NCBI GenBank assembly: GCA_031409275.1
Contig: JANNXA010000045.1
Span: forward strand, 4,396-68,395
DNA from: Planctomycetota bacterium
GTDB taxonomy: Bacteria; Planctomycetota; B15-G4; SIAN01
Length of the DNA stretch: 64,000 nt
Reading direction: 5' to 3'
The position numbers and the translations under genes were made by a program. Under the pieces are notes generated by a model. The model searched no databases and had not been told where the DNA came from. It saw nothing but the letters and a program-made list of their open reading frames with translations. Shown piece by piece: positions 9,695 through 19,527 of this stretch (position 1 is the first letter of the stretch; every line of letters begins with the position of its first letter).

Positions 9695-10777
9695 GTGAAG
9701 CTCTTCGCCACGCTGATCGTTGGGCTTGTCGCCGCCGCCGCAACTCCGCTCGTCCCCGACGACGGAACCACCGCCGTCTCGACACCTCGCAAGGGATTCG
9801 ACGAACTCACCCGCGGCAACTTCGATCCGCGCTGGATCCTGCCCGACGAACTGCCGATCGCGCGCGACGAGGGCCGCGGCCCGGCGTGGGACCTCGACTC
9901 CAAGATGGCCGAGCTGGCCGCATTGCGCTTCGCCGCGGCACCCGCCGACCCGTCGGCGCCGCGCTCGCTCGGCGACGTCGTGCTGGCGGTTCGCGCGGCA
10001 CGCGGCGATGCGAAGTCCGTGATCGCCCGCGTGAAGCAGACGCAGCCGCAGCTCTTCGCCGCGCTCGAGCCTTGCCTCAACGAACTGCTGGACGACACGC
10101 GCCTGTACGCGCGCGATTGGGATCCGGAAGACGACGACGTGCGCGACGGCTTCCTCTTCGCGCGTCCGCTCGACCTCGCTTCGATGAAGCTCGATCCGTG
10201 GCGATCGATCGAGGGCAGCTCGCTGGTGCAGCAGGCGGTGACGCTGATCCATGCCGACTTCGAGGCGATCAAGGCGGCGGAGAATGACTATTCGCGCTAT
10301 CGCGAACGGCGCGGCGCGAACTACGAGGCGATCTACCCCGTCGCCGGCAGCGACGTGCGCGGCAGCGACGCCGACGGCCACCCCTTCGCGGCGCTCAAGC
10401 TCTACTTCGAATGCGACCTGCCGTTCCCCTTCAGCAGCTACGCCTGCGACCTGCGCATCTTGAACCGCACCGACGCACGCGGCGGCTTCGTCTGCGACAT
10501 CTACTCGACTAGCGACGACTTCCACTGGCTTGCCGGCAGCGACCTCTTCCTGCCGTTGCGTGCCAGCGATGAGAGCTGGGTCGCGACGCTCGTCGTGCGC
10601 CGCTTTGGCTTCGACCTCGACGGCGTCCCCGACGGCAACGACGCGCGCACCGCGGGCATCCGCTCGAGCCTCGGCGCGCTCAAGCTCGACGCGCAAGCGC
10701 GCTTCCGCGCGTACGCTGGGCCGCCGCGAACGGTGGAAGGGCGCACCCCCGACTTCGCAGTGACTGGCTTGCGCTGA
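9695..10777 (+). CDS. Secreted hypothetical protein.
   Basis: GTG start 2 nt after the upstream stop, N-terminal signal peptide (MKLFATLIVGLVAAAATP), coding-like GC3. No recognisable domain. Confidence 0.5.
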   Translation: MKLFATLIVGLVAAAATPLVPDDGTTAVSTPRKGFDELTRGNFDPRWILPDELPIARDEGRGPAWDLDSKMAELAALRFAAAPADPSAPRSLGDVVLAVRAARGDAKSVIARVKQTQPQLFAALEPCLNELLDDTRLYARDWDPEDDDVRDGFLFARPLDLASMKLDPWRSIEGSSLVQQAVTLIHADFEAIKAAENDYSRYRERRGANYEAIYPVAGSDVRGSDADGHPFAALKLYFECDLPFPFSSYACDLRILNRTDARGGFVCDIYSTSDDFHWLAGSDLFLPLRASDESWVATLVVRRFGFDLDGVPDGNDARTAGIRSSLGALKLDAQARFRAYAGPPRTVEGRTPDFAVTGLR

Positions 10778-10791
10778 CGAGGACCTCCCTC

Positions 10792-13590
10792 ATGTCCGAC
10801 GCTGACCCGGAACGCGAACGGCTGCGCGACCTCGTCGCCAAGGTGATCGAGGAGCATGAGCTCGACGGTCCGGCCGCGCTCGAGCGCGCTTGCCTCGCGA
10901 ATCCGACGCTTGCCGCGCAACTGCGCCAGCGCATGGATCGGCTGGCACGCATGGGGCTCGCCGGGCTCGGCACGAAGCCGATGGCGGACGCGATCCCCGA
11001 GCGCCTCGGCGAGTTCCGCCTGTTGCGGCGTCTTGGCGGCGGCGGCATGGGCGTCGTCTACCTCGCCGAGCAGGAGTCGTTGCACCGCCAGGTGGCGTTG
11101 AAGCTGATCCGGCCCGAGCTCCTCTACTTCTCCGGCTCGCGCGAACGATTCCGGCGCGAGGTCGAGGTGGTCGCGAAGCTGAACCACCCCGGCATCGTGC
11201 CGGTCTACTCGGTCGACGACGATGGCGACGTCCCCCACTTCGCGATGGAGTGGGTCGACGGCAAGAGCGTCGAGGAGCTGCTGCGCGAGCTGCGCGACCG
11301 CGACCTTTCCCGGATGTCGAGCGCCGAGTGGAGCGCGCTGATCGGGGAGTCGGCGGCGGCGGCGCCAGCGACCGGCGCGGGCGACCCGCGCACCTTCATC
11401 GAGCGCGTCCTCGAGCTGATCCGCGACGCGGCGCTCGCGCTGCAGCATGCGCACGAGCGCGGCGTACTCCATCGCGACTTGAAGCCTTCGAATCTGATGG
11501 TCGCGCGCGACGGCCGGGTGCGCCTCGTCGATTTCGGCCTCGCCAGCACCGAGGGGACCAGTCGCCTCACCAAGTCGGGCGCGCAGCTCGGCTCGCTGCC
11601 GTTCATGGCGCCCGAGCAGCTCGAACAAGGTGCTGACGCGGTGACGGCGCGCAGCGACCTCTATTCGCTTGGCGTCGTCCTGTACGAGCTGCTCGCCGGC
11701 CGCGCCGCCTTCGACTCCGGCAGCGACGTGGAGCTACGCCGCCAGATCCTCGCCAGCGACACCCCGCTGCTGCGTTCGCTGAACCGCGCCGTTTCGTGGG
11801 AAGTCGAGACGATCGCCCTCACCGCGATGGAGCGCGATCCGGCGCGCCGCTATGCCTCCGCTGCCGACTTCGCGCGCGACCTCGACCATGCGCTGCGACG
11901 CGAGCCGATCGCCGCGCGCCGCGCTCCGAGCTGGCTGCGCGTGCGCCGCTTCGCGCAGCGCCGACCCGCGCTCGCCGTCGGCGCCATCCTCGGGACGCTG
12001 CTGCTGCTCGGCACGCCGACGGTCTGGGCCATCCAGGAACGACGCCTCGGCGAGAAGCTCCAGGTGCGGCTCGTCGCCGAGACGAAAGCGAAGGCGGCCG
12101 CCAAGCGCAGCGCCGGTCGCGCGCGCGCCGCGGTGAACGACTTCCTCACCACCGTCGCCGACAAGACGCTGAACAACGTGCCCGGCACCGAGGAGAAACA
12201 GCGCAGCCTGCTCGGGCGCGCGCTCGAACTGTTCGAGGAGATCCTCGCCGAGAGTCCCGACGACCCCGACGTGCAGTACGACGTGGCGCGCACGTTCCTG
12301 CTCGCGGGCCATCGCTTCGGCCGGCTCGGCGACAAGGCGCGCGGCGAAGCGACCTTCGCCCGCAGCCTCGCGCTGCTCGATGCGGCGCGGCCCACCATGG
12401 GTGACCATCCCGCATGGCGCCGCGCGCGTGCCGAGGTGCTGATCGAGCAGGCTGTCGCGGCGCGCGATGGCGGCGCGGCACCCGACACGGTGATCGAGCC
12501 GATGCGCGAAGCGGCAGCGCTCCTGCGCGGATTGCTGGCGCTCGGCGACGACGCTGCGGCCATGAAGGTGCTGTTGATGGCGCAGAACCTCGCTGCCAAC
12601 GCGCACACCGAGCTCGGGCAACCGGAACTCGCGATCGAGAGCTTCATCGAGATGACGGTGCTGCAGGAGAAGCTGCGCGCCGCGGCCCCGAATGACCTCG
12701 AGCTCGCCGAGAACTGCGCCGCGCTGCGCGCCAACCTCGGCGCCGCGCGTCGCCACGCCGGTGACCTCGCGGCAGCCGAGATCGACATTCGCGCGGCGCT
12801 GGCCGAGTTCGACCGGCTGCTGAAGGTCATGCCGACGCGCACGGCGCTGCGCTTCTATTCCGCGGGACTGCGCTCGAACCTGGCCGTGGTCGAGGAGTTG
12901 ACCGGGCGCGCCGACGCGGCGGCCGATACGTTGCGCGAGGTGATCGCCCAGTTCGAGCGACTCGCCGCCGACTTCCCGCAGGTGCCGATCTACCGCCGCG
13001 AACTCGCGAGCGACTTGCTGCTGCTGGCGCGCTACCTGCCGGCGACGGCCGCCGAAGAGGCGATCACGCGGATCGAACAGGCGCAGGCGATCATCCCTTC
13101 GCTCGAGCCGGCGCTCGGCGAGCCGCGCCGCTGCGCGTGGATGGCGATCACGGCACAGCTTCGCCTCGGCGAGCGGCTCTACGCCGCCGGCGATCCCGGC
13201 GCGGGGCTCGAGGCGTTGACTGCGGCCCACGCCGCCGCCGGTCCGCATGCCGAGGAATCGAGCAAGTTCGACGACGCGCTGCTGTTGGCGCGCGCCGCCC
13301 ACGCTCTTGCGACCGTCGCCGCCGAGGAGTTCGCCGACGACGACCGCGCCCGCTTCGAACGCGAAGCGCTCGCGGCGCTGGAGCAGGCGTTCCAGAACGC
13401 CAAGACTCGCGAAGAGCGAGCCGAGGCGCGCGAGCTGCTGTTCGAGGCGATCGCGACCGTCGAAGCGCTGTCCGCCGCGCGCGCCATCGGAACCGAGGAG
13501 CTCGCGACGCTGGCGTCGCGCTGGCTCCAACTGCTCCCCGATGATGCCGAACTCGGCGCGCGCATCGCGCCGTGGCGAAGTCGCTCCTGA
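10792..13590 (+). CDS. Membrane-anchored Ser/Thr protein kinase with a C-terminal TPR-like helical domain.
   Basis: Hanks kinase motifs: GGGGMGVVYLA, VALK, HRDLKPSNLMV, DFGLA, APEQ. A transmembrane segment (ALAVGAILGTLLLLGTP) follows the kinase domain. Confidence 0.85.
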   Translation: MSDADPERERLRDLVAKVIEEHELDGPAALERACLANPTLAAQLRQRMDRLARMGLAGLGTKPMADAIPERLGEFRLLRRLGGGGMGVVYLAEQESLHRQVALKLIRPELLYFSGSRERFRREVEVVAKLNHPGIVPVYSVDDDGDVPHFAMEWVDGKSVEELLRELRDRDLSRMSSAEWSALIGESAAAAPATGAGDPRTFIERVLELIRDAALALQHAHERGVLHRDLKPSNLMVARDGRVRLVDFGLASTEGTSRLTKSGAQLGSLPFMAPEQLEQGADAVTARSDLYSLGVVLYELLAGRAAFDSGSDVELRRQILASDTPLLRSLNRAVSWEVETIALTAMERDPARRYASAADFARDLDHALRREPIAARRAPSWLRVRRFAQRRPALAVGAILGTLLLLGTPTVWAIQERRLGEKLQVRLVAETKAKAAAKRSAGRARAAVNDFLTTVADKTLNNVPGTEEKQRSLLGRALELFEEILAESPDDPDVQYDVARTFLLAGHRFGRLGDKARGEATFARSLALLDAARPTMGDHPAWRRARAEVLIEQAVAARDGGAAPDTVIEPMREAAALLRGLLALGDDAAAMKVLLMAQNLAANAHTELGQPELAIESFIEMTVLQEKLRAAAPNDLELAENCAALRANLGAARRHAGDLAAAEIDIRAALAEFDRLLKVMPTRTALRFYSAGLRSNLAVVEELTGRADAAADTLREVIAQFERLAADFPQVPIYRRELASDLLLLARYLPATAAEEAITRIEQAQAIIPSLEPALGEPRRCAWMAITAQLRLGERLYAAGDPGAGLEALTAAHAAAGPHAEESSKFDDALLLARAAHALATVAAEEFADDDRARFEREALAALEQAFQNAKTREERAEARELLFEAIATVEALSAARAIGTEELATLASRWLQLLPDDAELGARIAPWRSRS

Positions 13591-13617
13591 CGGAGCGCTC
13601 GCACCCCGTTCGTCGGC

Positions 13618-15468
13618 TCAGCGACCGCCGTCGCCATCGTCCGCGGGGGCGGGCGTGCCCGCGTTCGGGGGACGTCGCGTCCGCTCGCCTTGACGCCACT
13701 TGGGCTGCGGCTCATCGGCGCGGTTGTAGGACTCGAAGTAGATGCACGCCATCTCGTCGGTGATCTGCGGACCGCCTCGCACGTTCGCCGCCGGGTCGGG
13801 GTTGCGCGGATTGGCGGCGCTGTTGTCGAAGAGGTGACGGCAGCGCAGCGTCGACCCCGCGGCGATCGCCATCGGGGTCGCGAACTCGTAGACGAACTGC
13901 CAGTCGGGATCCCAACGCTCGAGCGTCAGCGGCCGCGTCACGCTGCCGTCAGGAGCGATCAGCTCGACCTCGACCGATTTGCCGCGCAGATGCATGTGAG
14001 GAATGAGCCGCCGAAGCGTGGTGTCGAACTGGAGGTGGTGTTCGTAGACGACCTCGTGCGCTGGATCCCCGGCGGGAATCCGCAGCGGCACGGTGCGACT
14101 GAGGATGCGCCCGCTGATGCGCTGCGCGGGCGGCTCCTTGGAGAACTTGAAGCCGATGCGCGTGCGCTCGCGCATCGCGGTTCCGTTGGGCGTGTAGTGG
14201 AAGTCGAAGCGAATCGTCGCCCCTTTCCGGAGCTGGAGCGCGAACCCTTCGGGGAAGAAGCTTGGCCCGGACCCCGGCAGATAGAAGGCGAGGAACTCCT
14301 GCCCGCGACCGTCGGGCTGCACCTGGCGCACGCCGATGTGGTGGCAGATCTCGGGGTGCTGGCAGAGGATCTGCACGGCGGAAACCCAGATGTCTTCCGT
14401 CAAACCGCTCGGTGCATCGAGCGTCATGTAATCGACGATGCCGGTCGGAGGGACCACCACGGCCTTGGGCGACTCGACGATCAAGTCGGGCTCGCCGATC
14501 TGCCAGCCGCTCGGCGCGACATGGGGCGTCTGGTGGAAGTCGGGACCGCCGACGGGACAGCCCTCCTGCAGCCAGCGCCGCAGGTCAAGCTTCTCGTCGT
14601 CACGCAACCGCAGGTCGTCCTTCCATGGACCGGAGTCGGCGGTCGCGACCCACGGCGGCATCAGGTCGGCGCGCAGCACCGAGCGGATCATTTCCGCCGC
14701 GCCAGCGAAGTCCTCCGGAACCGAGAGCGCGAACGGCGCCGCGCCGCCCTCGCAGTGGCAGCGCTCGCAACGCGTCGAGGCGATGGTCGCGATGCGCGAG
14801 CTCCAGGTGACCGCGGCCGGCTCCGAAGGCGTGTCCGCGCTCGACGACGCTAGTTCGAGCGGCGTGCCGGGAGCGGGACGCGCCGGCTCGTCGATCCGCT
14901 CGCCGGCCAGCAGGGCTCGCAGCGACTCGCTCGCCGCGTCCACCGGACCGCGGAAACGCAGCCGTCGCGCCGCATCGATCACGAACAGCTCGCCACTGGT
15001 GCGCGCACGCAACGCACGGCCGGATCGTCCCGAAGGATCGATGAAGTAGCGGCCGGCAAATCCGTGGCGTTCACGATCGACACGGGCCGCAACTTCGTTC
15101 GCGCCTCGACTCGGGTCGACGAACACGAACGCCACTCCTTGTCGAGCGAAGCTTGTTTCGAGCGCCGCGAGCGGCGCGCCTTGGGTCGGTGCGTCGGGGT
15201 CGTCGGCGACACGCAGCACGACCACGACAGCCGTCGCCAGCGCCAGGTCCGAGAGGCGACCGGGTTTGCCGTCGAGGTCGTTGAAGTTGAAGTCCGCCAC
15301 GAGCTCGCCGATCCCATCGCCGCTCCGATCGGCAGGCGCCGCAGAGAGCACCGCGCGATCGTCCTGCACCGGTGCCGCGCGGAGCGTCAGGCTCAGCACG
15401 GCCACGAGCGCTCCGAGTCGCCACGCGGCGTGGGTGCATTGCCGACGAAAGTTGTTCTCGACGTTCAT
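13618..15468 (-). CDS. Secreted fusion protein: thioredoxin-like domain lacking CxxC, PSCyt1-type planctomycete cytochrome c motif, and a copper type II ascorbate-dependent (PHM/DBH-like) monooxygenase-like domain.
   Basis: Start moved to internal ATG 15468 (MNVENNF...signal peptide) with a GAGGG Shine-Dalgarno. Motifs CERCHCEGG...MPPW (PSCyt1), then HHIGV, FHYTPNG, HMHLRGKS and DEMACIYFESY (PHM-like copper sites). Confidence 0.65.
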   Translation of the reverse strand: MNVENNFRRQCTHAAWRLGALVAVLSLTLRAAPVQDDRAVLSAAPADRSGDGIGELVADFNFNDLDGKPGRLSDLALATAVVVVLRVADDPDAPTQGAPLAALETSFARQGVAFVFVDPSRGANEVAARVDRERHGFAGRYFIDPSGRSGRALRARTSGELFVIDAARRLRFRGPVDAASESLRALLAGERIDEPARPAPGTPLELASSSADTPSEPAAVTWSSRIATIASTRCERCHCEGGAAPFALSVPEDFAGAAEMIRSVLRADLMPPWVATADSGPWKDDLRLRDDEKLDLRRWLQEGCPVGGPDFHQTPHVAPSGWQIGEPDLIVESPKAVVVPPTGIVDYMTLDAPSGLTEDIWVSAVQILCQHPEICHHIGVRQVQPDGRGQEFLAFYLPGSGPSFFPEGFALQLRKGATIRFDFHYTPNGTAMRERTRIGFKFSKEPPAQRISGRILSRTVPLRIPAGDPAHEVVYEHHLQFDTTLRRLIPHMHLRGKSVEVELIAPDGSVTRPLTLERWDPDWQFVYEFATPMAIAAGSTLRCRHLFDNSAANPRNPDPAANVRGGPQITDEMACIYFESYNRADEPQPKWRQGERTRRPPNAGTPAPADDGDGGR

Positions 15469-15628
15469 GGCCGACCCACCGGGGTTTCCCTCAGAGACGA
15501 AGATAGCTCCGGCGGCCGCGCCAATGGGACGCCGCCCCGCAGCGACACCTCGCGAATCACATTCGGATCGTTCATCATCCGGCCCCGGTTCATCGACAGT
15601 CAGACTGCAGGCGGTGGAAACCAGCGAG

Positions 15629-17278
15629 ATGACGAGCCGATTCGTATCACTGCTGCTCAGCGCGATGCCCCAGGACGGCGAGCCTGAGGCCGACCCACCG
15701 GAAGCGACGGTCGCGCCGCCACGGCTCGAAGTCGGCCCACCGCCGTTCGTCTTCACCGAGGTCGCCAAGGACAGCGGAATCGACTTTGCGACCCAATGCG
15801 GCGAGATCGGCAAGCCGCGGCTGATCGATCAGATCGGCACCGGCGCTGCATGGTTCGACTTCGACCGCGACGGGCGTGTCGACCTCTATGTCGCGAACGG
15901 CTCCACCCTCGCCGCGTGGCAGGGAAAGGAGCCGAATCTGCGCCGGCCGCGGCTCTACCGCAACCTCGGAGGCGGCCAGTTCGCTGACGTGACGCAGGCC
16001 GCGGGACTCGACAGCGACCATTGGGGCGCGGGGCCTGCGGTCGGCGACATCGACAACGACGGCGACCTCGACCTCTACGTCGCCTGCGTCGGGTCGAACT
16101 TGCTCTATCGCAATCGCGGCGATGGCACGTTCGCAGAGGAGGCGCAAGGCAAGCCGGTCGAGTTCCCTGGCGTGACCCCCGGTGCGTGCTTCGGCGACCT
16201 CGATCTGGATGGCGACCTGGATCTCTACGTCTCCGCCTACCTCGAATTCGACGTCGCCCAACCACCGCGCGCGTACGGCCGCAAAGTGCGCAACCTCGAC
16301 GTCTCGCTGGCCCCCAACGACCACCAGGGCGCCGCCGATCGCTTCTTCCTGAACGACGGGAGCGGCACCTTCACGGACGCCACCCGCAAGTCCGGCTTCC
16401 TGGCGAACGAGCAAGAGCATGGGTTCAGCATCGCCATGCTCGACATGACCGGCGACGACCTGATCGACATCTTCGTCGCCAACGACCGCACTCCCAACCT
16501 CTTCTATCGAAGCAAGGCGCCGGGGATCGTCGAGGAGGTCGCGGACGAGTGCGGCATCGCCATCTCGCCGGTCGGCAAGCCGCAGGCGTGCATGGGCGTC
16601 GCGGTCGCGGACCTGAACGACGACCTGCTCCCCGACTTGATGGTGACCAACTTCCAGGGCGAGTACAACGCGGCCTACGTCTCGCTAGGTGACGGCACCT
16701 GGGAGGATCGCTTCCGCCAATTCGAGCGGGCCGGTTCGAGCCGCATCTTCGTCGGCTGGGGCGTCGGCTTCGCGGACCTCGACCGCGATGGCGCCGAGGA
16801 GTGCCTGATCATCAACGGACACGTCAATCCGCAGCTGGAGACGGAAGTCCCGAAGGTCTACGACTACGCCCAGCAGCCGCTCCTCTATCGACTCGTTCCC
16901 AACGAGGACGGCACGCGGACCTGGACCGAAGTGGCACAGCGTTGCGGCGTCCTCGGCGAGCACCGCCCCGGACGCGGCCTCGCCTTCGCCGACTATGACG
17001 ACGACGGAGACCTCGACTTCACGATCACCGACGTCGACGGCCCCGTCCGCCTCTTTCGCAACGACACTCCCAACCGCGGCCACTTCCTGCGGGTGGCGGT
17101 CGAAGGCGGCGACGGCATCAACCGCGATGGCTACGGCGCACGCATCACGATCGAAGCGGGTGGACAGCGGCAATCGCGCTGGGTGTTGGGCGCCGGCTCC
17201 TACCTCTGCCACCACGACCCGCGCCCCCATTTCGGGTTGGGCGCCGCCACGCGGATCGATCGCCTGATCGTGCACTGA
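15629..17278 (+). CDS. CRTAC1-family protein (FG-GAP repeats plus C-terminal ASPIC/UnbV domain).
   Basis: Start at ATG 15629 (MTSRFVSLLLSAMP); upstream part of the track ORF is out of frame. Repeated DxDxDGxxD FG-GAP calcium motifs (DFDRDGRVDLYV, DIDNDGDLDLYV, DLDLDGDLDLYV) and a C-terminal ASPIC-like region. Confidence 0.8.
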   Translation: MTSRFVSLLLSAMPQDGEPEADPPEATVAPPRLEVGPPPFVFTEVAKDSGIDFATQCGEIGKPRLIDQIGTGAAWFDFDRDGRVDLYVANGSTLAAWQGKEPNLRRPRLYRNLGGGQFADVTQAAGLDSDHWGAGPAVGDIDNDGDLDLYVACVGSNLLYRNRGDGTFAEEAQGKPVEFPGVTPGACFGDLDLDGDLDLYVSAYLEFDVAQPPRAYGRKVRNLDVSLAPNDHQGAADRFFLNDGSGTFTDATRKSGFLANEQEHGFSIAMLDMTGDDLIDIFVANDRTPNLFYRSKAPGIVEEVADECGIAISPVGKPQACMGVAVADLNDDLLPDLMVTNFQGEYNAAYVSLGDGTWEDRFRQFERAGSSRIFVGWGVGFADLDRDGAEECLIINGHVNPQLETEVPKVYDYAQQPLLYRLVPNEDGTRTWTEVAQRCGVLGEHRPGRGLAFADYDDDGDLDFTITDVDGPVRLFRNDTPNRGHFLRVAVEGGDGINRDGYGARITIEAGGQRQSRWVLGAGSYLCHHDPRPHFGLGAATRIDRLIVH

Positions 17279-17635
17279 CCGGGCGGACGCGAGGAGCGCA
17301 TCGAAGGGCCGCTACCCGTCGATCGCACGGTGATCGTGCGCGCTGGCGCCGGACTCGTGGCCGAGATCGTCGATGGCATGCGCAAGGAAATCGCGCCGCC
17401 CGCCAGCCGGTGAGGAGAGCGGGCCGATCGAATCGTGAGCTACGCTTAGTGTCGTGGAACAGAAGTTTGCTTCCACGAAACCGGGCGCTCTTCGCGCCTG
17501 CTTCGTCTCGCCTCCTCACCAACTGCCAGGGAAGTTGCTTCGTCGGCACTCCTCGCTTGACCCAAACATCGCCTCGGTCCGTGTTCGCGAACTTCTGTTC
17601 CAGGACACTTGCGCCCCTTGCCTTCGGAGACGTCG

Positions 17636-18541
17636 ATGAGCTCCTGCTGCCGCTCGCTCCTCGTTGCTGCCGGGCTCGCCGCGATGATCGCGCCCGCCCA
17701 TCACGTTCCGGCACAGGACGCGGCGCCCGCCGTCCGTGACGCGCGCGCCGCCGAGGCTCTCGGCTGGCGGCTCTCCACGCAGGCGTGGACCTTCCGCGAT
17801 CGCACGGCATTCGAGGTGGTCGACATCGCCGCGAAACTCGGACTCCACTTCGTCGAGTTCTTCCCCGGCCAATCGCTCTCACCCGATCAGCCCGACGTGA
17901 AGCTCGACCCCGACATGGGCGCGCCGGCGCTCGCGGCGTTCCAAGCCAAGCTGAAGGCGTCCGGCGTGAAGGCGGCGAGCTTCGGCGTCATTGGATTCAG
18001 CAAGGATGAGGCGATCGGCCGCAGGCTCTTCGAGTTCGGCAAGGCGCTTGGCCTCGAGAACTTCTCCGCCGAGCCCGACCCCGACGCCTTCGACCTGCTG
18101 GAGAAGCTCGCCGACGAATACGAGATCAAGGTCGCGCTGCACAACCATCCGCAGCCGTCGCGCTACTGGAATCCTGACGTCGTGCTGCAGTCGGTGAAGG
18201 GGCGCAGCGCGCGACTCGGCTCCTGCAGCGACACCGGCCACTGGACGCGTTCGGCGCTGAAGCCGGTCGACTGCCTGAAGCAGCTCGAGGGGCGCGTGAT
18301 CGAACTGCACTTCAAGGACCTCGACGCGTTCGGCAAGCACGAAGCGCAGGACGTCCCGTGGGGCAGCGGCAAGAGCGACGCGATCGGCATCCTGCGCGAG
18401 TTGAAGCGCCAGGGTTTCCAAGGGCTGATCCACGTCGAGTACGAGACGGGGACGGGCCGCGAGCTCGAAGCGAACGTGGCCCGCTGCATCGCCTTCTTCG
18501 ACGCGAGCGCGCGCACACTGCTCGCGGAAGCGGGCCGCTGA
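17636..18541 (+). CDS. Sugar-phosphate isomerase/epimerase (xylose isomerase-like TIM barrel), secreted.
   Basis: GGAGACG Shine-Dalgarno before ATG 17636, signal peptide MSSCCRSLLVAAGLAAMIAPA, TIM-barrel isomerase-like sequence (VALHNHP..., ELHFKD...). Confidence 0.7.
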   Translation: MSSCCRSLLVAAGLAAMIAPAHHVPAQDAAPAVRDARAAEALGWRLSTQAWTFRDRTAFEVVDIAAKLGLHFVEFFPGQSLSPDQPDVKLDPDMGAPALAAFQAKLKASGVKAASFGVIGFSKDEAIGRRLFEFGKALGLENFSAEPDPDAFDLLEKLADEYEIKVALHNHPQPSRYWNPDVVLQSVKGRSARLGSCSDTGHWTRSALKPVDCLKQLEGRVIELHFKDLDAFGKHEAQDVPWGSGKSDAIGILRELKRQGFQGLIHVEYETGTGRELEANVARCIAFFDASARTLLAEAGR

Positions 18542-18549
18542 CGCCGACC

Positions 18550-19362
18550 GTGGAGCCGAGCGTCGAGCGCCTGGTCGCGGGCCCCTTCGCCCGCGCCGAC
18601 CTCGACACGCGGTTCGATCCGGCGCCGCGGCCGAGCAACCCGGCGCTCGACGCATGGATCGAGCTGCGTTGGCCGCAACTCTGCGCAGCGGCGCAGCGTG
18701 ACGGCCGCGAGCTCTTCGACGGCGCGCTGCTGCGATTCGTCGGCGCGCGCGTCCACCACGGCGCGGCGGCGGCAGCGCCGTCACGGCGACGCCTCGATCT
18801 GCTCCTCGGTCCGGGTCGCTACCGCGATTTCGCGGCGACCAACCTCGACCCGGAGATGCTGCCAGCCGATCGCGGCGGCGTGCACCCGTGGTCCTGCTTC
18901 GGCAACGCGCTGGGCAGTTCGGCGCTCGTCGCCACCGCCGACGGCCAGCTCGTGCTCGGCCGGCGCAGCGACCGGGTCTTCGGCTACCCCGGCTGGCTGC
19001 ACGCCTTCGGCGGGATGCTCGAAGCCAGCGATGGAAGCGCCGATCGAATCGACCCATTCCGCGCCATCGAGCGCGAGCTGCGCGAGGAGCTCGGGATCGA
19101 GGTCGCGGAGCTGCGCACGCTCACGCTGCACGCCATCGTCCGTGAGCCGCGGCTGCACCAGCCCGAACTGCTGTTCCACGCCGAGATCGCGCTCTCGTTC
19201 GCCGAGCTCGAAGCGCGTTGGCGCCGCGCCGAATCGCGCGCCGAGCACGCGGCGCTGGTCGCGCTGCCATCGTCGCCCGGCGCGGCTCTTGCAGCGCTGG
19301 CAGCGCTGCCGCGCGTGAGTCCGATCGCGCGCGCCTGCCTCGACGAGGCGCTCGCCCGCTGA
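18550..19362 (+). CDS. NUDIX-family hydrolase.
   Basis: Nudix box G-x5-E-x7-REL-x-EE-x-G (GGMLEASDGS...FRAIERELREELGIEV). Start assigned to the first GTG after the upstream stop; the ATG of track ORF 18358 lies inside the preceding gene. Confidence 0.55.
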   Translation: MEPSVERLVAGPFARADLDTRFDPAPRPSNPALDAWIELRWPQLCAAAQRDGRELFDGALLRFVGARVHHGAAAAAPSRRRLDLLLGPGRYRDFAATNLDPEMLPADRGGVHPWSCFGNALGSSALVATADGQLVLGRRSDRVFGYPGWLHAFGGMLEASDGSADRIDPFRAIERELREELGIEVAELRTLTLHAIVREPRLHQPELLFHAEIALSFAELEARWRRAESRAEHAALVALPSSPGAALAALAALPRVSPIARACLDEALAR

Positions 19363-19527
19363 TCTCTCAGAGCGCCTAACAGAATGTCCGCTGCGTTCGA
19401 CCGGCTGCGGCCACCCATGACTTCGTCGACCTCCATCGGCGACTCTTCAGAGTCGCCTGCTTCGGTCTGCTCGCCCTGGGCGGCCTCGCTCGGTCTCGGC
19501 GCGACGCGTCCATTCTGTCAGGCGCTC

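Noticed and set aside
8494-10272. 592-aa minus-strand ORF
   Set aside because: Antisense to the alpha/beta-hydrolase and secreted-protein genes. Arg-rich, low complexity, no domains.
11734-13530. 598-aa minus-strand ORF and 10501..11628 minus-strand ORF
   Set aside because: Antisense to the Ser/Thr kinase/TPR gene. Arg/Glu-rich noise.
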